64,000 bases of DNA from Macrostomum lignano (lineage: Eukaryota), in assembly GCA_002269645.1 (NCBI GenBank), contig NIVC01000464.1, positions 274,441-338,440 of the forward strand, read 5' to 3'. The position numbers were made by a program, and so were the translations under genes. The notes under the pieces were generated by a model that did no database searches, had not been told where the DNA came from, and saw only the letters and a list, made by a program, of their open reading frames with translations. Shown one piece after another: positions 27,201 through 40,100 of the stretch (positions are counted from its first letter, which is position 1; the number at the start of each line of letters is the position of its first letter).

Positions 27201-30183
27201 CATTACAGCACAGAATCCCTATCAGTTGCAATGCTATTCCCGTTTACACAGTGACATTACAGCACAGAATCCCTATCAGTTGCAATGCCATTCCCGTTTA
27301 CACAGTGACATTACAGCACAGAATCCCTATCAGTTGCAATGCCATTCCCGTTTACACAGTGACATTACAGCACAGAATCCCTATCAGTTGCAATGCTATA
27401 TTCCCGTTTACACAGTGACATTACAGCACAGAATCCCTATCAGTTGCAATGCTATTCCCGTTTACACAGTGACATTACAGCACAGAATCCCTATCAGTTG
27501 CAATGCCATTCCCGTTTACACAGTGACATTACAGCACAGAATCCCTATCAGTTGCAATGCCATTCCCGTTTACACAGTGACATTACAGCACAGAATCCCT
27601 ATCAGTTGCAATGCTATTACCGTTTACACAGTGACATTACAGCACAGAATCCTTATCGATTACAATGCTATTCCCGTTTACACAGTGACATTACAGCACA
27701 GAATCCCTATCAATTACAATGCTATTCCCGTTAACGCAGTGACTGCGATGTGGGAGGCGGCCAAGAAGGACATCGAGGAGCAGAGGGGCTGCGAGCTGCC
27801 AGGATTCGACAACGTGTACCCTGTGGTAGAGCGGCTCGTGCGCAACCACTTTCTCAAGCTGGTCCGGGAGCCCTGCAGCAACTTCTTGGTCTCCGTTAAT
27901 CAGGAGGTCGACGAGACGGTGCGAACCCTCGCTGATCTTGTCTTTGGCGACTATCCAACGTTCAACCAGTTCATCAAGGAAGTGTGCGAGGGCATCAGAA
28001 CCGGGCAGGTAGATCTTGCCAGGGAGCAAATCAGGAACATCTTCACGGAGGAGGAGTTCGTCTTCACGCAGGACAGAATTTTCCTGCTGGAAAAGGACAA
28101 GCAAGTGCAGATTTACTAATGCATTTTTGAACGCCATTTTTTGCAACTTTATCAAACACACTGTAAGTCAAGTTGGATATTGACTTAAATTAATTTATGC
28201 ATGCACATCCTGAATGTTATAAGTTAAAGAATACCAGTTCATATGTAGCTAGTTAAATTGAATGCAGTAAAAATGGCGTACATAGGTGCTGATGACATGC
28301 CTTTTATTATCTGTGCCGGTGCTGGATACACTCGAACACGCAGGTGAATATCGTAGATGCCAGATCAGATTTAGCATCAAATTTTAATGCCATAACGCGT
28401 CTTGTTCTTATATATTTGTGTATTCGTCACTAATTTTTTAGCGTACCGCTAGGAATACAAGAGAGTGGCTGCAGGCTGTCTTTCCAGGGGTCTATGAAAT
28501 TTGCTTGCGAGAAGTTTGCTTGCCGAACTTTGCTTGCCGAACTTTGCTTGCAGTAAATTTGCTTGCCGAGGTTTGCCACCTAAAGTTTTCTTGCGGAACC
28601 CTAAAGAAACTATTTTTGAGCTCTTGTATTTCTAATTTTCATTTTCTAAGATTGTTGGAAGTCGCTTATAGTGTTATTATTTTGTACGAGGATATGATGG
28701 ATTTGAAAAGCCTTAACGCAGAAACTTTCGAAACTCCACGGAACTTTCGGTTCTATTTTAACTTTTGTTCCTCGGTGACAAGTACACGACACTAGTACTC
28801 GTGCAAATCCGCCAGTCCAAGTGCGTTTACATTTTTATGTACACTAATTAGTATATGCAATATTATACATTAGCATCACTACAATTATCATACCTGCTCA
28901 ATCGTGCTGAAATCAGGAACTACAAAGATTTATACTGTTACTGATCCCTTTCTTCTACCTATACTAAATCTCTAATCATTCTATATAATAAATTCTTAGA
29001 ATGAAACTCTATAAGCCTAGTTTGAAAGCTTAGTGTCAAGTCAGTTTACGTCGACGCTGATAAGAATCTACTTGCAAAGCATCTGTGGCAAGTAATAATT
29101 GACTGACCAACTTCACAAGCAATCAAAACAAGCAAGCAGACAAGAAAATAATTCGGCAAGTTAAAACCATGCAATTGTGATTGCGAATTTCTAGGAAGCG
29201 AACATCAAAATTCCGCAAGCAAACTTCGGCAAGCAAATTTCCGAAAGCAAATTTCCGCAAGCAAATTTCTGCAAGCAAAAGTCCCGCAAGCAAACTTCGG
29301 CAAGCAAAAGTCCCGCAAGCAAAAGTCCCGCAAGCAAACTTCGGCAAGCAAACTTCCGCAAGCAAAGTTCCTGAAAGCAAACTTCGGCAAGCAAAGTTTG
29401 GCAAGTAAACTTCGGCTAGCAGACTTCGGCAAGCAAACTTCCCGCAAGCAAACGTCGTACTCCCCTTGCCAGATCAGGAATAAACCAACATCATCTTGAA
29501 CTGCATGCTATCACCGAATAAATTGAAAGTACGCGAGTGCTAAAAAATGTCCGATTATTGAGGCTAAGGATTGAGCGATCCAGCTGGTAGCAACAATAAT
29601 TTTCACAATTACTCCACGAGCAGCTTACAATGCATGGAATATATATTTGTTTGAGTTTGTGAGCCCCCCCCCGTGAGTCGAGAGTTTGCCCCCAATCGGG
29701 CTCTGCAGACTGCAGTATTTTAACAATGCCCGGTTAGAGAATCCTTGGTCTCACTTCGCTGAACAAACCCGTCACCGCCATCGCCACCCCCGCAGGCCGT
29801 ACAACGAGAAGCTCCGCCTGCAGCACCGCAAGCCGGAGTCGGGAGGCAAGAGCGGGGAGGCTTCGATCAGCTCGGAGAAGCCGGCCGCGACAATGCAGGA
29901 CATCGTCGAGCGCAACACGCAGCGAGTGCTGGAAGGAGCCGAGGCGTACATTCGAGTGGCTGTGAGGCGCCTGCAGGACACCATTACCCTGGCAGTCATG
30001 CACTACATGCTGCACAAGATGTCTGACAAGCTGCGTGAGTCGCTCATCGTCCTCGTCACGGAGCCGCAGCCGCTGTTCGACAAGCTGCGCGAGGAGAATC
30101 CCCTGATTAGCGCAAAGAGGCGACACCTGGCAGACAGGATGGAGAAGTTGGCAGCTGCTGAGCAGGAGCTGGCGAGGTTCTGA
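24248..30183 (+). CDS. Mx: Mx-like dynamin-superfamily GTPase; exons 24248-24552, 24649-24840, 25389-25872, 26271-26507, 27740-~28076, 29796-30183; one frameshift and one missing donor as assembled
   Basis: [19 protein letters not shown] (G1), IVTRCPL (G2), [12 protein letters not shown] (G3), [12 protein letters not shown] (G4), RGCELPGF (Mx stalk), and a C-terminal GED ending ...[22 protein letters not shown] like vertebrate Mx. No PH or proline-rich domain. Confidence 0.85.
26825..27730. repeat. Minisatellite, 54-bp unit (some 56 bp), ~16-17 copies, filling Mx intron 4
   Basis: Unit GCACAGAATCCCTATCAGTTGCAATGC(C/T)ATTCCCGTTTACACAGTGACATTACA. Confidence 0.95.
28487..29465. mobile_element. 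Putative non-autonomous DNA transposon in Mx intron 5
   Basis: Imperfect TIRs GGGG...TTTGCTTGCG(A/G)GAAGTTTGCTTGCCGAA, and inverted subterminal arrays of TTTGCTTGC / GCAAGCAAA. No clear TSD. Confidence 0.6.
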
Positions 30184-31333
30184 TCGAGCTGATTCATATC
30201 GGTTGGTTGACAGAAGAGTGACCGTATTGCAATAAGCGTACATAATATTTATAATCAAATAGGTAAAATTTATCTAATTATTAATCAAAGTTTTAGTGTC
30301 TATTTTTCTAGTTTATGTTTGACAAATTTAATTTATCTTCTCGTGGGTGGCAATAATATTCGGAAAACCATTACGCACAACTTCTATTCTCTACTCTTGG
30401 CCGTACACATAATATATTCCAGGTGTTGGCCGACTTTATTAACCGAATGCCACATACAATAGACTATTTTCAATTTACCCTCGAGCTCCCGTGCAACAAC
30501 CCGACGTCAAGCGGCTTTTCCGCTTTTGATAGCCACCCACTATACGGCTCTGAATGTGTTTCTTGACCTAATGAATTAAATATTTATTTATTCGCGTTGT
30601 TTAATATATTTATATTCTTGATGTTAAGTCGTGTAGCTAATTCTTGCATGTAGCAATTTTGAATCAATTTGATGAGTTATTTGTTTGTTTAGAGATCAGA
30701 GATTAATTTATACAGGGGTCGGTAACCTTCTTTCACCTCAAGTGATTAAAATTTGAATGGGACGGGCAGAAAGGTCCCTTAGTGACTGAAGGCCAGTCAC
30801 AGCTGAAGCTGAAACTTCAGCCAATTGAAGTTCACTAGATGAGATATTGTGACTCTATGCTAAACAACTGGAGACACTTCCTATCTTCCTATAACTTGTC
30901 ATTACGCCTAAAACTTGAAAGCCTTTGATGCCCGTAGTCACAAAGCAAAAAAGTACCTGTAATTACAGTTGTCCCTTCACTAGTTTTAGTTGTCCCTGAG
31001 TCCCTCTGCTTAAAGCTTCTCAGCAAGTTAGATTACTTTTACAAAGGTAGACGCACACATTACTACTAGTGGTTCACTAAGTATATAGACTGATTAAGTT
31101 TGATAGCTGGGCACTTGCCTTTTAAACCTTATTAATAAATAATTCGCTGATCTAATTCTTCAATTTCAACCTATTGATAGCAGGTACGCTGTAACAGCAG
31201 AATAATTAATTCTAAATGACCGTCTGCTCCTGATTTTTAAAAAGTCAATTAGCTATATATACTGTCAAGTTTCTCTCAACGAAAACATTGTTATAGCGAT
31301 CATAGCATTGGAAGTCATTTATAAGCCTGCAGC

Positions 31334-31654
31334 ATGACAGATCAGCAGCATTTCAAATGGTTCGGCAATCCGCCATTTCGATGCTCCTTTAAATTCCTTA
31401 GCCAGCGCCTCCCAGAGTTGACGACAGCCGGCCAACTTACCAGCTCGTTTGACACCGCTGACGACGCCTCCGTCTGCAGCGACGCCGCGGCGCAGCAGGA
31501 CTTGATGGACTCTGAAAGTGCTGTGCCGTCTGGTTCGCAGGACTTCCAGCTGAGCATGCAGAAGATTGGCTGGTTCTATCAGCGGGACAAAGGCTGCTAC
31601 TCTCGGTGTCCGAAGAATCAGCTGAAGGAGGACATTCTTCAGAAACCTAACTAA
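31334..31654 (+). CDS. Small ORF of unknown function (106 aa)
   Basis: GC-rich island in AT-rich DNA. The ATG is preceded by a ...CTGCAG acceptor-like site. No family recognised. Confidence 0.35.
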   Translation: MTDQQHFKWFGNPPFRCSFKFLSQRLPELTTAGQLTSSFDTADDASVCSDAAAQQDLMDSESAVPSGSQDFQLSMQKIGWFYQRDKGCYSRCPKNQLKEDILQKPN

Positions 31655-31964
31655 CCAAAACATCGAGTTTAAATGTTTAAAAAGTTTAAAGGCTCTAAAA
31701 AATTGCCCTCATTTTGTCGAATGTCAATTCTTGTTAGACCTCCACCGCGCTACTGAGGCCACTTATACATGCAACGTGTAAGCTTAAATAAACTTTCTAC
31801 AGGCTAATAATTTTTAGTTATGCTTACAATGTAGGCAAATTTTACGTGAAAGACAAGGCAGAGACGAGAATTTTGATGTAATGTACATAACTTTTAGAAC
31901 AAAAAATACGCTGTCAGAGTCCTTCGATGGCAGCATCACATGCAGCTAGAGCAAACCTCTGGTG

Positions 31965-32607
31965 GGCAAGGTCGCAAACCAAGGCCGCGCCATCGACCGA
32001 ATCCACGGCACCAACTTCAGCCAGCAGGCAGTTGACGTAACGCCAACAAGTGCGCGCCTGTCCCCGCCGGTAAGGTGCCTGCAGCGTCATCAGCAGCAGG
32101 TCCTACAATGGTTGTGGGCAGTGCGACTCGGCACGGATCATATGTTGCCTGTCTGGATGGACCAGGCCGGCGCGGCGATGCAGGCACCTTACCGGCGCCG
32201 ATCTTGTTGTACAGCAGGACGGTCTCGACTGGAACAGCGCCGCCCTCTGGTTGTCGGGTAGGAGCCTCGGACTGGTGCAGGACTGCCCTCGCAGAACAAA
32301 AGGCAAATCCAGGCAAGCCCGCAGCGACGCCTCAGATCCTTGTGGACGCCGGTAACCAGCAGACCGCCAAGATAGATAACAACACGGAAGCTCGATCGGT
32401 TGTCTGTCCATCTGCGCCTCGGCACAAAATTGCAGCCTTTATGTCGTCCACAAGGCGCAGAGCGCGACGTTCTTCTGTGTGTTGACCACACCAGGCCGAC
32501 ACTCCCCACAACAGCAATCAGCTTGTCAAGTTGTCGCTGGTCATGCCTTCGACAGTTGAGGACAGCAGGGCGAGATCGTCGGCGTAGCCAAGTACGCTGA
32601 GTCACTC
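31965..32607 (-). mobile_element. 5'-truncated non-LTR retrotransposon (LINE) RT 3' fragment, CpG-rich
   Basis: LSVLGYADDLALLSSTVEG, QRQLDKL, YLGGL, AVETVLLY, with frameshifts. Confidence 0.8.
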
Positions 32608-34604
32608 TCTCCAGAACGTTGCATCCAGGCCATTGTAGATCCTATACCTGCATGTACAGTGAGACGTACTCTCAGAAAAAAGTAGCAGTTGCACTGAATT
32701 TAATGACTTGCCCCTTAGTAAATGTTTTAGACGGAATATGGCGCCAAAGTGAAGCCCATAATTTTAGTTCTGTGCCCCGCCCCCTCACCATGAAATATTT
32801 TTATTTTAAAATTTTGTTTTTGTACGTATAGTTTTGATTAATCTTGATTGATAATTTACACGTATGTGTAGGAAATTGTTTTGAAACTAGCTCTTCGTAA
32901 TCGCGGTCTAATAATGGTGAGTGGTTTTCAACATTGTGACATTTCGGTCTTAAGTTAATTAGCCACGCGTGTTTAGGGAGCTCCCATCTCTCCTCCTCGA
33001 TAACCGCGATTGTGGCTTTCTACTATTACTAATAGAAACCAGAAGAGGAACATTCCTTCTGCATTCATGACAGTCGCCCTTGAATTACAGAATAGAAGTT
33101 GTACGACAAAGTGGAGCGGTCGGCATGGAAACCGAACAGCTGCAGAAGTGCACGCGTCAGCGCTCATTCAAAGGCTGCTCTACTACAACTCAAGCTACTT
33201 TCTTCATAGACGTGGAACATCTCAGTCAGAGTTTTCTTTACTTCGCATTGGGTTTGCTTAAATCGAAAAGAGATTCCAGGAAATCTGGTGGCCAATTCAA
33301 ATTCACCAGGATCGTCAATTTCAAATCTCCAACCGAACGTAGGCCTACGTACTATTCCAATACCACATCCACAATCAGTTTCGGGGCAATGGGCATACTT
33401 ACACTTATCCACATGATATTGCATAACTGTTTATACTTTCTGACATACACTCGATCTCAATGTATTTACCATATTTAGCATATGGTAGGCCTACTTTTTG
33501 TTTTTAGCATGTGTCTGTCAGTGTCAGTGCCATGCCCATGCAGCATTGCAGTCCAGTAGTAAGTAGCACAGAAAATTTCCAACTGGACCTCCCCCCATTG
33601 TCCATATCTGACTCTCTTGATGCGGCTCTCATACCTTGGTTGGAGATTGAGTGCCTCTTGATGAATCTTTTGTTTTGCCTTGGACTTTTAATTCATATCT
33701 ATGAGTATGAGTGTAGGCCTATGAGGCTATGACTAGATGTATTTTTATAATTTAGCCTAGCCTAGGCCTATCCCAATATAGGCCTAATAATGCTGAATGC
33801 TGCACTACAGGGCCTAGCCGCCTAGATGTAAATATGCATAAGCTAGGCCTACATATGATAGAAGTAAAAAATAAATTCACTTTGGGTTTGGAATTGCATT
33901 GCAACATTAAAAAGTAATAAAAATAATAATCTAGTTGTTTTTTTTCTTTTGTATTTTATTATTATCATTATTAAACAGATGCTAGTGCAGGGGTCAGCAA
34001 AGCATCTGGCGAAATCCAAAAACGTGGGATAAAACAGTAAAACAAATCTGCGGACATTCGATGGAAAGTAATGTATCTAAAAAAGGTTTTTGAAAGATAG
34101 ATAGGTCCTTAGAAAATAGTTCTGGATAAAAACTATTGTTTTCATGCTTTATATTGTTGAATAAATAAGAAAAAACCACAAAAAAGCATTTTGAAAGTCC
34201 GAGTTGACCGATTTGCAATTTTTTGTTTCACTTTTTTTCATTATTAAACAATTAATTTTAAGACTTGTAGGCCTTAGAGAAGGCTAATTTTTTTACTACT
34301 TACAAAACAGAAAGTAATCTGTGTTTTACTTTTTATTCAATTCAAAAAGATGAAGTATTTCTAAGGATTTCAAAGTTTTTCTAAAACCATATAAACTCGC
34401 AAAAATTCATACTAATATAAAGTGCAAAGTTTGCCAGCAAACATCTTTTTCTAAAAGTAAATATATCGCTAATTCCTTGTTGCAAAATAATCTTTAAGTT
34501 GTTTTCTTTCATTTAAATATCAACTTGCATAGTATTAGTATTTGTAATATGCCTATATTTAGACTTAAAAATTTTGGGTAAAAAATGGTACCACAAAATG
34601 TGAA

Positions 34605-35660
34605 CCCGGCATCCAAATCAGATGCTTACTGTATGCTCATTAAGCGACGAAGAACAATGAAATTACACTAAAACATGTATCATCGCGGCGTGTATGCAGG
34701 AAAAAAAGAATTTTCCAAATCGCTTCAGTAGAAGCTGAGTAAAATGCAATTTTCCAATCCTTATGGGAATTCCAATGTGTTACCCGGCTTCCAAATCAGA
34801 TGCTTACTGTATGCTTATTAAGCGACGAAGAACAATGAAATTACACTAAAACATGTATCATCGCGGCGTGTATGCAGGAAAAAAAGAATTTTCCAAATCG
34901 CTTCAGTAGAAGCTGAGTAAAATGCAATTTTCCAATCCTTATGGGAATTCCAATGTGTTACCCGGCTTCCAAATCAGATGCTTACTGTATGCTTATTAAG
35001 CGACGAAGAACAATGAAATTACACTAAAACATGTATCATCGCGGCGTGTATGCAGGAAAAAAAGAATTTTCCAAATCGCTTCAGTAGAAGCTGAGTAAAA
35101 TGCAATTTTCCAATCCTTATGGGAATTCCAATGTGTTACCCGGCTTCCAAATCAGATGCTTACTGTATGCTTATTAAGCGACGAAGAACAATGAAATTAC
35201 ACTAAAACATGTATCATCGCGGCGTGTATGCAGGAAAAAAAGAATTTTCCAAATCGCTTCAGTAGAAGCTGAGTAAAATGCAATTTTCCAATCCTTATGG
35301 GAATTCCAATGTGTTACCCGGCTTCCAAATCAGATGCTTACTGTATGCTTATTAAGCGACGAAGAACAATGAAATTACACTAAAACATGTATCATCGCGG
35401 CGTGTATGCAGGAAAAAAAGAATTTTCCAAATCGCTTCAGTAGAAGCTGAGTAAAATGCAATTTTCCAATCCTTATGGGAATTCCAATGTGTTACCCGGC
35501 TTCCAAATCAGATGCTTACTGTATGCTTATTAAGCGACGAAGAACAATGAAATTACACTAAAACATGTATCATCGCGGCGTGTATGCAGGAAAAAAAGAA
35601 TTTTCCAAATCGCTTTAGTAGAAGCTGAGTAAAATGCAATTTTCCGATCCTTACGGGAAT
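34605..35660. repeat. Tandem array, 178-bp unit, ~5.9 near-identical copies
   Basis: CCAAATCAGATGCTTAC recurs at 34613, 34791, 34969, 35147, 35325 and 35503. Confidence 0.97.
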
Positions 35661-37121
35661 TTGTATGTTTAAATAATAAACTTACGTTGAATACAATTTA
35701 TTGCAAACGAACTCTACAAAATGCACGTTGTCAAGAGTAACGAAAGTGATAAACAAATAAAACCTTAAAATAATGTTAAATATGTTGTAGAATTATAGAG
35801 TGTAACATTATAAGATAGTTAAAGTTAATAAAATACATTATTATAGCTTTTCAATCATTTTCATTAGACTCATTTTAGGTCGTAATTAAACTTACCGTTT
35901 TAACAAATCATTTTATTAAAAATAAAGCTATACGAAAATAATTTGTGCTTTAATAGACTTTTTAACGTTTTAAAAACTTGAATAAATTTATTTTATAGCT
36001 TTATTGCTTTCAAATTGCCAAAAAACGAATTTTCATAAAACTTGCCCCCGATTTTTGGATTTCCCCATCTACTAGTAAAAAAGTAGAGTCTAGATTGTCC
36101 AGCCAAGCTGCAGACTGAGAGGTAAGGTGTCAAAGGCCCAGAGGCAGAGCCTATGGCCTATAAGTAAATGAGAAAAATATCAATCAAAGTGGTGCAGCGC
36201 ACCTGGCCCCAGTGGAGTCTCCCACAAGGTGGGCTGAGCAGCAGGTCAGCAAGCAGGGACCCGGTGTGGCAGCCCTGTGCATAGGCTTGCCAGCAATGGC
36301 CAATTAATATCTAGCATTGCCTCTGCAAAGTATAACCTAGAGCTAAGGGCAATATGTAGGTCCAGGCTACTAGCTTAGCATTGTTCACATGCTTAAAGAA
36401 CTGGATACCCAAGGCATTGCATAGGAGGTAACAATAATAGGCCTCTAAGCTCGCCTCACAGCTAGGGTCTGGATTATGTAATAGTGTACACTGGAACAAA
36501 AATCCTATCTAAGCTAAATATATGCCAACATATGCCAAAACAAAAAATTTCCCTAAAATGTATGCCAAAAGTTCTTCCTAAAAAGGTTATTTGGTTTTCA
36601 CAAGTAGAGTTTTCTAAGAAAGGCTCTTGTACGAATAGTCTTAAAATTTAAATATTACAAATATTTTCATTTTAAACAAACTTAAATTAAACCTACAAAA
36701 AATCATGCAAAATTTACATTCTTAGCAATCATTTACACTAGTTTTATTTATTGTTAATTCTAAAAAAGCAAAAAGTTTTTCACTGACTTTCTAGGGCGCA
36801 TGACCAAGACCGCCACATACCAAGACCGCCACAGCTCTTACTGACTATTGGAATTGAGGGGAAGTTACCAATCTTCTAGCATTGCTATTGGTTATGATGG
36901 GTTGTGGAGTTAGATGAGGAGGAGGTGTCCCAAGATTGGTCACTAATAAGATGAATAAGTGGCCCAAAATGATTTTAAGCCAACTAGGGCAATTTTAACA
37001 ATTCAAATTAAATGAAAAAACAAGGAGCCTGGCTCACTCACCTACCTGGCCAGGCTGGCCTGCTCACTAGTTCCTCTCTCGTGGCTTTGTCTTGTTGGCT
37101 CTCCCCATCTCACCCCTCATC

Positions 37122-40100
37122 GGCACGTTTATGACAGATTTCTCCAAAAATGACGACAAAATGTGTCATGAAGTCATTTTTTGGTACTGATGTCATTTTT
37201 TATGTGTCATGAAAAATGACAAACGTCCTTTTTACAAATTAATCTGAAAAAATGAAGCGCTTTTTCACCGGCTAAGTATTACTGAAGTTTCAAAACTAGT
37301 AGTATGATATTAAAGGAGTTATTAGGGCATGAAAATATGACGGGAACAAACAAAAAATACGGGTGATTGCACATACGTAAAAAATGACAATTATATGACA
37401 CACCTTCCGGCTTGAAAACAGTTTACTATAGTATACCAAATTTTTCAGTATTTTTGTTTAAAAAACATTGTAGATGCATAGGTGCATAGTAGTTATACAG
37501 ATAACTCAATAAAAAGTATTTTGTAGATAAAAAATAGTATATATTTCTTTGAACGAAAAATTGCATGTATTTATTTTAAATATAGTTAGCTTTGTCGTTG
37601 TAGAACACACGATAGATAGATAAAAAGTGCACCTGCTGTAAACCTATTGTATTGAAGATGCGCATCTACATTCTTTTAATTTGTACTTCATTTATTCTTA
37701 TTATATACTAAAAAAGATAGCCCTAATACGAAATATTTTAATGTAATCTTGTTCTAACTCGTCCATAAATATGAATAATGCCATGAAGCAGCACTCAATA
37801 TCAATAGACAAGTGGCATATAATAAGAAAAACCTGAATCTTCCTATCACTTTATCGCACATTGTGGTTCATGTTCTAAAAATTATTTGTGCATGAGCTAT
37901 GTATATGTAGTCATATAATAGTGAATTGAATTGAAGTTGTTAAGTAGTCAAATTTTTTATGCATTGATTTATTTTGTTTAGTTCAATTTAATACTTATAC
38001 TTATATATTTAAATATTGATTTTATTAAATCTTAACTTAGTTCAATGGTAATAAGTGTGTTACCTATAACCTTTAAATAGATAGAATTGTCTAATGATAA
38101 CTAAATAATAAAATGAATAATTTTATAATAAATGGTTTTTGTTATAAAATTACTATACCATTATATTCTCATAACATATACTATTATTCAATTACTTATT
38201 TCTATGAACTTCTTGTGGCAGGCTTATTTATGTATTAGATATTTCTATTTTAGTGAATAAGAAGTTAATAAATATGTATAAGCCTATTTATAAAGCAAGT
38301 TGATATTCAAAGTGCTTGTAGTAAATATCTAATAACTATTTATTAATAGCAATAGCTATGACATTTGGAATATAAAAAAAAATAAATTAAGAAGCTTAAG
38401 AAAAATCCAACTTAATTGTGTAGCTAGCAAAGAAAAAGTTAATTATTAACTTAGATTAGGTATATTTAAAGAATTATTTATTAACTTATTATTTATTATT
38501 TAATTATTAACTTATTTCAATAATAATCTGATTAGAAAATTTGACTTTTAATAGGACCTAGGAGGCCAAGATAGTCTAAGTATAAAAAGCCTAAAGATTT
38601 AATCTAGAATTTAGAATTTCATTTTGGGAAGTAGTCCAAGTCTGGGGTACAAACAAGAGATACCAATTTTTTAAGCTAGGGTATAGATTTAAAGGTAACA
38701 AATCAAGCTTAAGGGCATAAAAATTTGTATAAGGGGCAAAATAAGTCTAAAAGGTATAATAAACTTAGGTTTATAGAGGGTATAAAATGTTTTATTAAGC
38801 CATTTTAAGGGAGATGGCCACCCCCCACCCTTTAATTGAACCCTGGAATATAACAGCTATATTTAAATATAGGCTAACAAATAAAAGTTATACTTATCTA
38901 TAAAAAAATAACAATATAAAAAAACAATACTCTATACAATTTTTTTAAGCAAAGCCAAGTCCTAGATACAATATAACTATATTTATAGGTATATAAATAA
39001 AAAGGGCCTTTTATATAAGTAAATAGTAAATATCTTAGTACAAATGGCATTGCACAATAATGTAGAATAACTATATCAAACAATATTGAAAATTACTGCT
39101 ATATTTTGGGTTTTGTCACTATTAAATTTGAGCTTTGCATTGAAAAACACTTGCAATTTCCAGGTGCAATGGCTAAAGGCTAAAAAACTTCTGCAGAGCC
39201 ACTAGCAGGTCTGACTTATCTGAGTTCCTGCAGAAAATGGAGCTGCCTTCAGAGCCTCTAGAAAATGGAGTCTCTAGTTATAGTCTCTTACAACTACTCA
39301 CTGATACTTCTATAACAATGCATGAAATGGAAGAATTATTTCTGCAAGGTGAATTAATTAATCCAGCTCAGTCATCTGGCCATCTGGCAGATAAATTCAA
39401 CAGCCAGGACCTGCATGTTGAAGGAACAGAAGGAGTGCATGTTGAAGGAAGGTTTTACTTGCAGTAGCATTTATGTACTATTCTGGCAGTCCTTTTTTGT
39501 AAAAGTTACAGTTGAACGAGCAGTAAAATATGACAAATGCACATTGTGCCAAAAATGACAGAAGATCTACTCCTCTATCTACACTATATGTTTTTGTTCC
39601 TCCTTTTTATCGGCTATTTCAAATGTAGGTTCTGATGTCCGTTGGTTTTACTTGCAGTAGCATTTAACTACTTTTCTGGCAGTCCTTTTTGTGTAAACAT
39701 GACTGCTGCACAAGCTGTAAAATATGACGATTGCACATTGTGCCAAAAATGACAGAAGACAGTCTTCTATTTACACTATATTATAGTTCCTCCTTTTTAT
39801 CGGCTATTTCAAATGTAGGTTCTGATGTCCGTTGGTTTTACTTGCAGTAGCATTTAACTACTTTTCTGGCAGTGCTCGCTGTGTAAAAATGACTGCTGCA
39901 CAAGCTGTAAAATATGACGATTGCACATTGTGCCAAAAATGACAGAAGACAGTCTTCTATTTACACTATATTATAGTTCCTCATTTTTATCGGCTATTTC
40001 AAATGTAGGTTCTGATGTCCGTTGGTTTTACTTGCAGTAGCATTTAACTACTTTTCTGGCAGTGCTTGCTGTGTAAAAATGACTGCTGCACAAGCTGTAA

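Noticed and set aside
26709-27734. Overlapping repeat ORFs ([18 protein letters not shown])n
   Set aside because: By-products of the intronic 54-bp minisatellite.
33080-33478. ORFs at 33080-33478 (+) and 33164-33424 (-) as a transposase fragment
   Set aside because: Only a vague resemblance; no diagnostic motif.
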